Positions 17,796 to 26,804 of a stretch of 64,000 bases of DNA are shown here, piece by piece. The notes under the pieces were generated by a model. That model did not search any database. It worked only from the letters and a program-made list of their open reading frames with translations, and was not told the DNA's origin. Each line of letters starts with the position of its first letter. The stretch's first letter is position 1. The translations under genes and the position numbers were made by a program. Source of the DNA: a virus; the IMG/VR virus record IMGVR_UViG_3300038701_001167, positions 7,536-71,535 of that record; one strand, written 5' to 3'.

Positions 17796-18486
17796 TTGGA
17801 AAAACATTCTCAAGCATGCCTGGTCTGCTTGGCTCCTCATCGCAGCTGTCTTGCTCACTGGATTGGAGGTGGTTCTGCCCCTCATCGATCTGGGCCTGCC
17901 GAATGGTCTTTACGCAGTTCTCATGGGCGCAATAACATCCTTAGCTCTTTTGGCTCGTCTTCTGGTTCAGCCTGATGAGATCATTGAGGATTTCAAAAAG
18001 GATGAATCCGGTCGAGCATCCAAACGAGCCATTGGTGGAATAGCTGGTTCTGCTGCTGCCATTGCTGCAGCTGCTGCATTCATTGGTGCTTGGGAAGGCA
18101 AAGAGAACACCGCATACCAAGACATCGTTGGTGTTTGGACCGTCTGCTATGGTGAGACCAAAGGTGTTCGTCCTGGAGATACCTACTCTGATGCTGAGTG
18201 CTCAGAGATGCTCGAAGAGGAGATCGTCGCATATGAGAAAGGCCTCGATCGCTGCCTGACAGCAGATGTCCCTATTGGTGCCAAGATTGCCTTTGTCTCT
18301 TGGACCTACAATGTCGGCGTTGGAGCCGCCTGCCGATCTACACTGGTTCGAAAAGCCAATGCCGGTGATCTGGTAGGCGCCTGTAATGAACTACCGCGGT
18401 GGAACAGAGCAGGTGGCAAAGTCATACGTGGTCTGACCAACCGCCGAATATCTGAGCGAGAGATGTGTCTGGAGTCTCTTAAATGA
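17779..18486 (+). CDS. holin-like 2-TM domain fused to a SAR-type GH24 lysozyme
   Basis: aa 1-65 carry two TM helices; AIGGIAGSAAAIAAAAAFIGAWEG..AYQDIVGVWTVCYGET is an E-8aa-D-5aa-T lysozyme triad; ends GLTNRR. Confidence 0.85.
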   Translation: MSLLPDWKNILKHAWSAWLLIAAVLLTGLEVVLPLIDLGLPNGLYAVLMGAITSLALLARLLVQPDEIIEDFKKDESGRASKRAIGGIAGSAAAIAAAAAFIGAWEGKENTAYQDIVGVWTVCYGETKGVRPGDTYSDAECSEMLEEEIVAYEKGLDRCLTADVPIGAKIAFVSWTYNVGVGAACRSTLVRKANAGDLVGACNELPRWNRAGGKVIRGLTNRRISEREMCLESLK

Positions 18487-18785
18487 GAGCAAACCTTCTT
18501 CCTCTTATCATTGTGAGCTTCTTCGCCGGCCTGGGTTACTGGGTCGGTGTTGAGCGTACTGAGAACCAATACGAAACAGCGAGAGAGAACCTTCAGAGGG
18601 AACTTTTCGAAGTGTCTGATGATCTTTCGAAAGCAAAACAAGAACTGGAGTTTCTTCGTGCAAACCAAGCAGACCGATCCAAGAAGATTGAAGATGAAAT
18701 TCGTAATGATCCCGACACTTCTCGTCCTGGTATCAGTGCTGACGGGTTGCGCCGATTGGAACGGAGATGGACGCTTCCAGATTAG
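18483..18785 (+). CDS. i-spanin (Rz-like)
   Basis: N-terminal TM helix plus coiled coil, after the endolysin. Confidence 0.75.
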   Translation: MRANLLPLIIVSFFAGLGYWVGVERTENQYETARENLQRELFEVSDDLSKAKQELEFLRANQADRSKKIEDEIRNDPDTSRPGISADGLRRLERRWTLPD

Positions 18786-18972
18786 TGAACTTCCGGAAGC
18801 TGTATCAGAGCCCTGCCCTCACCCTCTGACATTGGTCAGTCGTGGTGGAACAGTTGCAGATGATGAGATTACTGTTGGACGGCTTGGAGATGCTCTGATC
18901 GAGTGTGGCCGGGAAAAAGAAGTGGCTGTGTATGGGTTCAACAAACTGAAACAAGTTCTGACTGATGAGTAA
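18694..18972 (+). CDS. o-spanin (Rz1-like lipoprotein)
   Basis: MKFVMIPTLLVLVSVLTGC lipobox; overlaps the i-spanin in another frame. Confidence 0.75.
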   Translation: MKFVMIPTLLVLVSVLTGCADWNGDGRFQISELPEAVSEPCPHPLTLVSRGGTVADDEITVGRLGDALIECGREKEVAVYGFNKLKQVLTDE

Positions 18973-19037
18973 TTCTCTTTGTTGGTGGTTGCTTTGGTTT
19001 GATTTGGTGTGAAAGAAGATTTCGAAACGGAGATTAC

Positions 19038-19700
19038 ATGCAAAAGAATATAGGCCCTGTTGAGATGGTTCAGATCGATCCACGAGTTGCTGAAATGCAA
19101 GCTCGTGCTCATGCTGCCATGTCTGGTGATCTTTCTGATGGGTGGTTCCAAGCATCCCTTTCCATTCCGAACCAAGACAAGGGGAAGCTCTCTCGGGATA
19201 TGCGTCAGTGGATGGATTCTCAGGGTGGAGCCCAAGGAGCACAAAATCAGCCTCGTCCAGTAGCTCGACCAGGGACTGCAGTTCAGGGATCAATGGATGA
19301 CCGGGAACTCTTGGCCAAGACTTTGATGGCTGAGGCAGGTGCTGAAGGATACGACGGTCTTCTGGCTGCTGGTGCTGTGATTGCCAACCGAGCCAACAAT
19401 CCCAAAGGAACATATGGAACTGGGTTGAGAGGCGTCATCATGAAACCCGGTCAGTTCTCTGCATGGAACTCCGTAACTGGATACGCAAACGGAGAAGGTG
19501 GTCTGAACATGGACAGGATTAGTCCAAGTGAAGCCGCCTACCGTGCCGCAGATGCCATCATGCAGGGTCAGTACCAAGACCCAACTGGTGGAGCCACTCA
19601 TTACTACAATCCCGCTGTTGCAAGCCCTGTGTGGGGTCAGACGGCTGAAGAACCATGGCAGAAGATCGGAAATCACGTCTTCGGCTGGGGCGACAGATAA
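19038..19700 (+). CDS. SleB-like cell wall hydrolase (Hydrolase_2)
   Basis: LAKTLMAEAGAE...AVIANRA...VIMKPGQFSAWN...ATHYYNP...W...IGNHVF. Confidence 0.85.
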   Translation: MQKNIGPVEMVQIDPRVAEMQARAHAAMSGDLSDGWFQASLSIPNQDKGKLSRDMRQWMDSQGGAQGAQNQPRPVARPGTAVQGSMDDRELLAKTLMAEAGAEGYDGLLAAGAVIANRANNPKGTYGTGLRGVIMKPGQFSAWNSVTGYANGEGGLNMDRISPSEAAYRAADAIMQGQYQDPTGGATHYYNPAVASPVWGQTAEEPWQKIGNHVFGWGDR

Positions 19701-19718
19701 GGACATAGGTGAAAGACC

Positions 19719-21893
19719 ATGAACCAAGAAGATCAATACGTTCACCTAAATCCGGGTGAGACCCAGAAGCTGACAGAGTGGAAGAAAGAGCCAACGATCT
19801 TGGACCTGGCTCACGATCTCAGCATTGCCAAAGAGAGTCATGATGCTCACTCAAAAAAGGTTCAGCACTGGCTCGATCTTCGTAATGTCACAGGCTCTGC
19901 CAAACCAAAGACCCTGAAGAACCGGTCTTCTGTTCAACCTCCTCTCATTCGCAAACAGAATGAGTGGCGGTATTCTGCATTGTCCGAACCTTTCTTGTCT
20001 TCTGATGGGATGTTTGAGATTTCTCCTCGGACCTGGGAAGACAAACAAGGTGCTGAGCAGAACCAACTGGTTCTCAACTGGCAGTTCCGAACGAAGATCG
20101 ACTCTGTGGACTTCATCGACAAGTTCGTCCGTACAGTGGTGGATGAAGGCACTGTTGCTGTTCGACTTGGCTGGGAACGACAAACCCGCATGGTCAAGAA
20201 GACGGTTCCTGTCTGGGGCTTCTATGTTGCCGAAGATGAAGAAGAACTCTTGGCTCTACAAGAAGCCATGCTCACCCGCAAGAATGATCCTCGTGGATTT
20301 ACCAAGCTGCCTCCTGAACTCCAGGCCGCGGCTGAATACTCCATGGAACAGGGTGTCCCGGTTGTTGCAGTACAGGTGGGTGAAGAAGAAGTTGAAGAAG
20401 AAGAGATCATTCGGAACCGTCCGACACTCGACTTCCTCCACTACGAGAACCTTTACCTCGATCCGACATGTCAGGGTGACATCAGCAAAGCACGCTTTGC
20501 GATTATTTCGTTTGAGACGTCCTATGCTGAGCTGAAGAAAGAGGGGAAGAAGTACAAGAACCTCGATCAGATCGACTACAATAGCAACAACCCTATCATG
20601 GTTCCAGACCATGAAGTTGGTGACACTCCCACATCGATCCAGTTCAAGGACAAAGCCCGTAAGCGTATCGTGGCCTATGAATACTGGGGCTGGTACGATG
20701 TTGAAGGTGATGGTGTTCTGGTTCCAATCGTTGCGACCTATGTTGGCAACACTATTATCCGCATGGAAGAGAACCCCTTCCCGGATAAGTCTCTGCCGAT
20801 CGTTCTGACCAAGTATCTCCCGGTTAAGAACTCTCTGACAGGTGAACCAGATGCAGAGCTGCTCGAAGACAACCAGAAAGTTCTGGGTGCTGTTACTCGT
20901 GGCATGATCGATCTCATGGCTCGTTCTGCAAATGGTCAGACCGGTTTTGCCAAAGGAATGCTCGATCCTGTGAACCGTCGTCGGTATGATGCTGGCGCCG
21001 ATTACGAGTTCAATCCAAACCTACAGCCCAGTGCTGGCATCTATGCTCACAAATATCCGGAAATTCCTCAATCTGCTCTGACCATGCTGTCTCTACAGAA
21101 CCAGGAAGCAGAATCCCTGACAGGCGTGAAAGCCTTCTCAGGTGGCTTGTCTGGTGAAGCTTATGGTGAAGTGGCGGCCGGTATTCGAGGCATGCTTGAT
21201 GCAGCCTCCAAGCGTGAGATGGCCATTCTTCGTCGTCTGGCAAAAGGTATCGCTGAGATCGGTAAGAAGATCATCAGTATGAACCAAGAGTTCCTCTCTG
21301 AAGAGGAAGTCATTCGTGTCACCAATGAAGACTTTGTCACGATCAGCCGTGAAGAACTTCGTGGTGATTACGATCTGAAAGTGGACATCTCCACTGCAGA
21401 AGTTGATGAAGCCAAAGCACAAGACCTGGCCTTCATGCTTCAGACCATGGGCAACAACATGGACTTCTCCATGGTTCAAATGGTTCTGGCAGAGATCGCC
21501 AAACTCAAGCGTATGCCTGAACTGGCCGAGAAAATCCTAAGCTTCCAGCCGCAGCCTGATCCTCTGGATCAACAGCTCAAACAACTGGAGATACGTAAGT
21601 TGCAGGCAGAAGTTCAGAAGACAGAAGCCGACGCTCAACTGTCGATGGCCAAAGCCCGTAAAGAACTCTCTGAAGCTGATCTCAAAGACCTCGACTACGT
21701 GGAACAAGAGACTGGAACCAAGCACGAACGGGATCGTGATCTGCACGGTGCTCAAGCTGAAGCTAACCAAAAGCATGAGATCACTAAGGCATTCTTGGCT
21801 CCTCAAAAAGAAGGTGAGAGCCGCCCAGATATTGCTGGCGCGGTTGCTTACAACCAGTTCACCAAACTACTCGATGGCGTAGTCGGTAACTAA
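19719..21893 (+). CDS. portal protein (N4 gp59 homolog)
   Basis: KLTEWKKEPT, RSSVQPPLIRKQNEWRYSALSEPFL; size and position. Confidence 0.9.
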   Translation: MNQEDQYVHLNPGETQKLTEWKKEPTILDLAHDLSIAKESHDAHSKKVQHWLDLRNVTGSAKPKTLKNRSSVQPPLIRKQNEWRYSALSEPFLSSDGMFEISPRTWEDKQGAEQNQLVLNWQFRTKIDSVDFIDKFVRTVVDEGTVAVRLGWERQTRMVKKTVPVWGFYVAEDEEELLALQEAMLTRKNDPRGFTKLPPELQAAAEYSMEQGVPVVAVQVGEEEVEEEEIIRNRPTLDFLHYENLYLDPTCQGDISKARFAIISFETSYAELKKEGKKYKNLDQIDYNSNNPIMVPDHEVGDTPTSIQFKDKARKRIVAYEYWGWYDVEGDGVLVPIVATYVGNTIIRMEENPFPDKSLPIVLTKYLPVKNSLTGEPDAELLEDNQKVLGAVTRGMIDLMARSANGQTGFAKGMLDPVNRRRYDAGADYEFNPNLQPSAGIYAHKYPEIPQSALTMLSLQNQEAESLTGVKAFSGGLSGEAYGEVAAGIRGMLDAASKREMAILRRLAKGIAEIGKKIISMNQEFLSEEEVIRVTNEDFVTISREELRGDYDLKVDISTAEVDEAKAQDLAFMLQTMGNNMDFSMVQMVLAEIAKLKRMPELAEKILSFQPQPDPLDQQLKQLEIRKLQAEVQKTEADAQLSMAKARKELSEADLKDLDYVEQETGTKHERDRDLHGAQAEANQKHEITKAFLAPQKEGESRPDIAGAVAYNQFTKLLDGVVGN

Positions 21894-21916
21894 ACCTGAA
21901 GTAAGGCAACACACCA

Positions 21917-22288
21917 ATGCAAACCAAATCAACTCTTGATGGCGTTCTAAAGTCTCCGGAAAACGAGATTGAAGAACTGCAGATTACACTGGAAGATGCA
22001 AAGCGTACTGTCGCCCTTCGTGATGACCTCATGAAGCTGGCGAAGAACAAGCTGTTCAAATCGATCATCGTCGAAGCCTACATGAAAGATGAAGCTCTTC
22101 GTCTCACCCAAATCATCGGTGAAATTCAACATGTCGAGTACCGAGATGAGATTGTCGATGCTCTGAAAGGCATTTCTCATTTTCGTCAGTGGATGGACCG
22201 CATTCTTGGAATGGGTGACGTGGCTGAACAGTCAATCAAAGAATACGAGCAGGTTCTACAGGACGCCTATGCAGAGATGGAGGAGTAA
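21917..22288 (+). CDS. N4 gp58 homolog
   Basis: Synteny between portal and gp57; size. Confidence 0.7.
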   Translation: MQTKSTLDGVLKSPENEIEELQITLEDAKRTVALRDDLMKLAKNKLFKSIIVEAYMKDEALRLTQIIGEIQHVEYRDEIVDALKGISHFRQWMDRILGMGDVAEQSIKEYEQVLQDAYAEMEE

Positions 22289-22294
22289 TCTGAC

Positions 22295-23563
22295 ATGAGC
22301 ACTCCTGATTATGAAAACATGACAGACGAGGAGTTTGCAAAGCTGGAGAGCCCCCAAGGCTCGGAAGCGGAGCAGGCTCCCGTCGATGATACAGTAGAAG
22401 AGACCCCTACCCTTCCTGAAGGATCAAGTGGTCTGTTTGCTGATGACTTTGATGAAGACGATACTGTCGAAGCATCTCTGAACACAAAAACAGAAGAACC
22501 ATCTGAAGAAGCTGATCCGGTTGAAGGGGGTGATGAAGCTCCGGACGCAGAGACCCCGGCAGAAGAGACTGCTGAGGAGAACGCTGAAGACGTTGCTGAA
22601 GATGCTGCCACTGTTCCTGGTTCAGAAGACAGTCACACCAAATCAAAGCAAACCACAGAAGCAGAGACAAAGACCGAAACACCTGCCGAGACCAAAGGCA
22701 ATGGCGGATCCAGTCTCTCTCCTGAGGATGCGTACAAGCGCATCATGGCTCCGTTCAAAGCGAACGGCAAAGAGTTCACACCCAAAGATCCGGATGAAGT
22801 CATCCGTCTGATGCAGATGGGTGCGGGCTACAATCGCAAGATGGCAGAACTCAAGCCGAACCTTCGCATGATGAAGATGCTTGAGAAGAAAGGATTGCTT
22901 GATGAAGGGAAGCTCAACTTCCTCATCGACGTGAATGACCGCAACCCTGCGGCCATACAGAAGCTCCTTCATGACTCCAAGATCGATCCCCTCGATCTCG
23001 ATACGTCGGAAGAGCCGAAGTACCAACCAACCAACCACTCTGTAAGTGATGAGGAATACACTTTCACAGAAACCCTTAACGCAATTAAGCGTGAAGAAGG
23101 TGGAAGCGAAACTGTAAACGTCATCAACCAGCAGTGGGATCGTGCCTCGAAAGAGGAAGTGTTCAAAGAACCGAGCATCATCGGTTTGATCCACGAACAG
23201 CGGCAGAATGGAATTTACGACAAGATCACCGCTGAACTTGATCGACAGAAGATGCTGGGCGCCTTTGAAGGCGAGCCATTTATCTACGCTTACAAAGCTG
23301 TTGGAGACTACCTCCATTCCCGTGGTGAACTGATCCCCGCATCCACCGAAACATCTTCGGCTGGCCCTGCAGAGACCACTTCGAAGCCTCGTGAAATGGT
23401 CGAGACACGCACAGCGACACAGAAAGCGAAATTGGCAAACAGCGACCGGGTACAGGCAGCAGCCTCCCCTCGGTCAAATCCTGGTCAACCGAAAGCTCCC
23501 TTCGATCCGGTCAACATGTCGGACGAAGAGATCATGCGGATGACCCGTCCCCCAAGTTCGTAA
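22295..23563 (+). CDS. N4 gp57 homolog (scaffold-like)
   Basis: Acidic N-terminus; PFKANGKE...LMQMGAGY..KM motif. Confidence 0.8.
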   Translation: MSTPDYENMTDEEFAKLESPQGSEAEQAPVDDTVEETPTLPEGSSGLFADDFDEDDTVEASLNTKTEEPSEEADPVEGGDEAPDAETPAEETAEENAEDVAEDAATVPGSEDSHTKSKQTTEAETKTETPAETKGNGGSSLSPEDAYKRIMAPFKANGKEFTPKDPDEVIRLMQMGAGYNRKMAELKPNLRMMKMLEKKGLLDEGKLNFLIDVNDRNPAAIQKLLHDSKIDPLDLDTSEEPKYQPTNHSVSDEEYTFTETLNAIKREEGGSETVNVINQQWDRASKEEVFKEPSIIGLIHEQRQNGIYDKITAELDRQKMLGAFEGEPFIYAYKAVGDYLHSRGELIPASTETSSAGPAETTSKPREMVETRTATQKAKLANSDRVQAAASPRSNPGQPKAPFDPVNMSDEEIMRMTRPPSS

Positions 23564-23575
23564 GGAAATCGCCAA

Positions 23576-24781
23576 GTGCAAACCTACAATGATCCCGCTG
23601 GTGGAACACAGTCGTCTATCGAAGGCGCTGGCTCCACTCAAATGAACACCTTCTTCTGGCAGAAAAAAGCTCTTATCGAGGCTGCCAAAGAAATGTTCTT
23701 CTCCCCGTTGGCCGATGTGACCAACATGCCGAAGCATTATGGTAAGACGATCAAAGTCTACCACTACATGCCTCTGCTCGATGATCGCAACGTCAACGAC
23801 CAAGGTCTTGATGCGAACGGTGCATCGTATGCCAACGGTAACCTGTATGGCTCGTCCAAGGATATCGGCACCATCGATGGTCGTCTTCCGACGCTCACCG
23901 AGAATGGTGGTCGTGTGAACCGCGTTGGTTTCACCCGTATCCAGATCGAAGGAACCATGCAGAACTTCGGTCTCTTCCATGAGTTCTCGGAAGACAGCAT
24001 CCAGTTCGACTCGGACGAAGATCTGTATTCGCACCTCTCCCGTGAGATGGTGACGGGTGCAACTCAGCTGTCCGAAGCTGTGCTGCAGAAAGAACTGTTG
24101 GCAGGTGCAGGTATCACTATCTGGACTGGTGACGCCACATCGAACGTCACAGTGTCTGGTGAATCCGCTGATCCGGCAGTTGCCACCTACGAAGACCTGA
24201 TGGCTCTGAACCGTATTCTGAACGACAACCGCACTCCGATGCAGACGAAAGTCATCACCGGTTCGCGTATGATCGACACGAATACGATTGGTGCTGGCCG
24301 TGTCCTCTACATTGGTTCCGAACTGGAATCGATTGTTAAGGGCATGACTGACCTCTTCAATGATCCGGCATTCGTTCCGGTCCACAAGTATGCAGCTGCT
24401 CAGACCACTCTGAACGGTGAGATTGGTACTGTCGATCACTTCCGTATCGTCGTGGTTCCGGAAATGCTGCATTGGGCTGCTGCTGGTGCTGCTGCAACTG
24501 CATCGAACCCTGGCTACGAAACCTCCGACATGGGTGCTGGTGAGAAGTACAACATCTACCCGATGCTCGTCGTTGGCGGTGGTTCGTTCACTACCATTGG
24601 TTTCCAGACCGGTGGTAAGTCGATGAAGTTCAAGATCATCACCAAGAAGCCGGGTGAGAAGACCGCTGACCGTAACGATCCTTACGGGAAGATGGGCTTC
24701 AGCTCGATCGCTTGGTGGCACGGTACGATGATCCTCCGTCCGGAGCGTCTGGCTGTCGTGAAGACCCTGGCCAAGATCTAA
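23576..24781 (+). CDS. major capsid protein (N4 gp56 homolog)
   Basis: [47 protein letters not shown]. Confidence 0.95.
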   Translation: MQTYNDPAGGTQSSIEGAGSTQMNTFFWQKKALIEAAKEMFFSPLADVTNMPKHYGKTIKVYHYMPLLDDRNVNDQGLDANGASYANGNLYGSSKDIGTIDGRLPTLTENGGRVNRVGFTRIQIEGTMQNFGLFHEFSEDSIQFDSDEDLYSHLSREMVTGATQLSEAVLQKELLAGAGITIWTGDATSNVTVSGESADPAVATYEDLMALNRILNDNRTPMQTKVITGSRMIDTNTIGAGRVLYIGSELESIVKGMTDLFNDPAFVPVHKYAAAQTTLNGEIGTVDHFRIVVVPEMLHWAAAGAAATASNPGYETSDMGAGEKYNIYPMLVVGGGSFTTIGFQTGGKSMKFKIITKKPGEKTADRNDPYGKMGFSSIAWWHGTMILRPERLAVVKTLAKI

Positions 24782-24794
24782 TCTGAGCCAATGA

Positions 24795-24816
24795 GAGAAG
24801 GGCTTAGGCCCTTCTC
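24795..24816 (+). terminator. stem-loop after the capsid gene
   Basis: GAGAAGGGC-TTAG-GCCCTTCTC. Confidence 0.65.
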
Positions 24817-24852
24817 CACCTCCCCCAATTTTTCCCTTATAGGACCGTCACA

Positions 24853-25455
24853 ATGTCTGAAGACAAAACAAACACCCCTGAAGATCAGAACAACATCGAG
24901 AACCAGCCGACCAAGGAAGAGCTTCTGGCTGGCCTGAAGCGCAAAGCAGATCTGCTTGGTGTGACCTACTCGAACAACATCGGCATAGACTCGCTGCGTA
25001 CTCGTATTGCTGAAGCACAGGCCGAGAACAAACCGGACGAAGAGACAGAAGAAGTTGCTGCTCCCAAGCTCACGTCGAAGATGGCCATTCGCCAGAAACA
25101 GCGTGCTGAACAGCTGAAACTGGTTCGCTGCCGTATCGTGAACATGAACCCGAACAAGTCTGAGATCACTGGCGAATTCGTCACGGTCCGGACCAAGTAT
25201 CTGGGTACAGTGTCTAAGATGATCCCGTTTGGTGATGAGACCGACAACGGATATCACATCCCGTACATCCTCTACAAAGAGCTCAAAAACCGTCAGTTCC
25301 TGCAGACCAAGGTCAAGAAGTCCAAGAATGGTCAGCAGCGTTTGCCGGTTTCTCGCTGGGTCAACGAGTTCAACATCGAAGTGCTTCCGCCCCTGACACC
25401 GGAAGAGCTCAAGAAGCTGGCTGCCCAACAGGCTGCATCGGCTGGGATTGAGTAA
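24853..25455 (+). CDS. N4 gp55 homolog
   Basis: LKRKADLLGV..SNNIG..LR..I; KLVRCRI.NMNPNK; LPPLT.EEL..LA..Q. Confidence 0.8.
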   Translation: MSEDKTNTPEDQNNIENQPTKEELLAGLKRKADLLGVTYSNNIGIDSLRTRIAEAQAENKPDEETEEVAAPKLTSKMAIRQKQRAEQLKLVRCRIVNMNPNKSEITGEFVTVRTKYLGTVSKMIPFGDETDNGYHIPYILYKELKNRQFLQTKVKKSKNGQQRLPVSRWVNEFNIEVLPPLTPEELKKLAAQQAASAGIE

Positions 25456-25643
25456 TGAGCAAACCAAGTACACTGCCTGAATTTAACCCTTCTGGTTCTG
25501 ATGTTGTAAAAGAGATTAAATCCAAGACCGAAGATCTCCTAAAGTACATCGAACAGAACGTACCGGCAAACCGTGAACGTAGCATTGCCCTTACCAACTA
25601 TGAGCAAGCCGCAATGTGGGCTGTTAAAGCAAACTTCACCTAA
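25455..25643 (+). CDS. Acb2/Tad1-like helical-hairpin protein (candidate cyclic-nucleotide sponge)
   Basis: NRERSIALTNYEQAAMWAVKA resembles the Tad1 motif (SRENACALTHVEEALMW) and the Acb2 C-terminal helix. Confidence 0.65.
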   Translation: MSKPSTLPEFNPSGSDVVKEIKSKTEDLLKYIEQNVPANRERSIALTNYEQAAMWAVKANFT

Positions 25644-25646
25644 AAA

Positions 25647-25671
25647 GTAGGGGAGCCAATGGCTCCCCTAC
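25647..25671 (+). terminator. terminator
   Basis: GTAGGGGAGCC-AAT-GGCTCCCCTAC. Confidence 0.7.
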
Positions 25672-25700
25672 CCTTATAAATAACTGGAATTGAGGTAAAC

Positions 25701-26804
25701 ATGTCCAGCACCACTTGCGGCAGTGATGTAGCAGCCAACACTCTCTTTAATAATCTGGTTGATCCAACGGACTTTGCTCTTCCAGTCATCGACCTTACAG
25801 ACCCACAGTTTCAAATCCCTGACACCAGCAACAACGCAGTCTACGAGACCGCGGATAAGCTGACGGAAGCTGACCTCACAGAACGTAAGGTTGGCGGGGC
25901 AGGTATGTTTGATGCTCTCATGGAAGCCAACAAGCGGCATCTCCATGAAGAGTTCGCAGCAGGGCGTATCAGCTCAGCGATGTATTCAGAGACCTATGTG
26001 GCAATGACCACAGCCGTCATGAGTGCAGCTGTTCAGTATCTCCTGCAGAAAGACAATGCCTACTACCAATCTCTCCTGGTTCAGAAACAAGCAGAAGCAG
26101 CTGAGATTGGTGTGGTTCAGGCAAAGGTACAGCTTGAGGGAACCAAGGCGGATCTGGTTCGTCAACGTGTTCTGGCCAAGACAGCCTCTGCTCAATATGC
26201 ACACACCAAGCTGATGATCGCTACTGAGGATGCCAAGCGGTGCCTGACAGAAGCGCAATCTGAACAAACAAAGTACGAGACTGAGTTTGTGTTGCCGAAG
26301 CAGGTTGAGACAGCAACAGCACAAATCTCTAAGCTAACAGCAGACAAAGATCAGGTGCTCTATCAGACTTCTGCAATCCTGCCGGCACAGCTTGCAGGTA
26401 TCCAAGCAGATACAAACAACAAGGTCTACACGCACGAAAACGTACTCCCGGCACAGGTGGCAAACACTACTGCCGATACTGAGATCAAGGACTTCACGCA
26501 TACGTTCATTCAGCCTGTCCAGAAGGACAATCTGCTCGAGCAGTGGGAAGCAAACCGGGCTCAGACCAAAGACACTCGTTCGGATGGCTCTCCTGTGAAT
26601 GGTTCTATTGGCAAGCAGAAAGAGCTGCACTCTCAGCAGATTGAAAGCTACCAGCGTGACCAAGAGTGGAAGGTTGCCAAGGGTCTTATTGATGTGTGGA
26701 TTACAACCAAGTCTCTTGACGAAGGAACCCTCACACCTTCAAGCCTGAATGAAGGTGCCGTCAACTCTGTGATGGGTAATGTCCGGACAAACTTGGGCAT
26801 CTAA
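25701..26804 (+). CDS. N4 gp54 homolog (structural)
   Basis: LTERKVGGAGMFDALM, G.IGKQKEL..QQI.SY. Confidence 0.8.
   Translation: MSSTTCGSDVAANTLFNNLVDPTDFALPVIDLTDPQFQIPDTSNNAVYETADKLTEADLTERKVGGAGMFDALMEANKRHLHEEFAAGRISSAMYSETYVAMTTAVMSAAVQYLLQKDNAYYQSLLVQKQAEAAEIGVVQAKVQLEGTKADLVRQRVLAKTASAQYAHTKLMIATEDAKRCLTEAQSEQTKYETEFVLPKQVETATAQISKLTADKDQVLYQTSAILPAQLAGIQADTNNKVYTHENVLPAQVANTTADTEIKDFTHTFIQPVQKDNLLEQWEANRAQTKDTRSDGSPVNGSIGKQKELHSQQIESYQRDQEWKVAKGLIDVWITTKSLDEGTLTPSSLNEGAVNSVMGNVRTNLGI

Noticed and set aside
23474-24721. Long antisense ORFs (here 415 aa; also 37025-38041 and 39980-40993)
   Set aside because: They are shadows of strongly biased sense genes, with no motifs or RBS.
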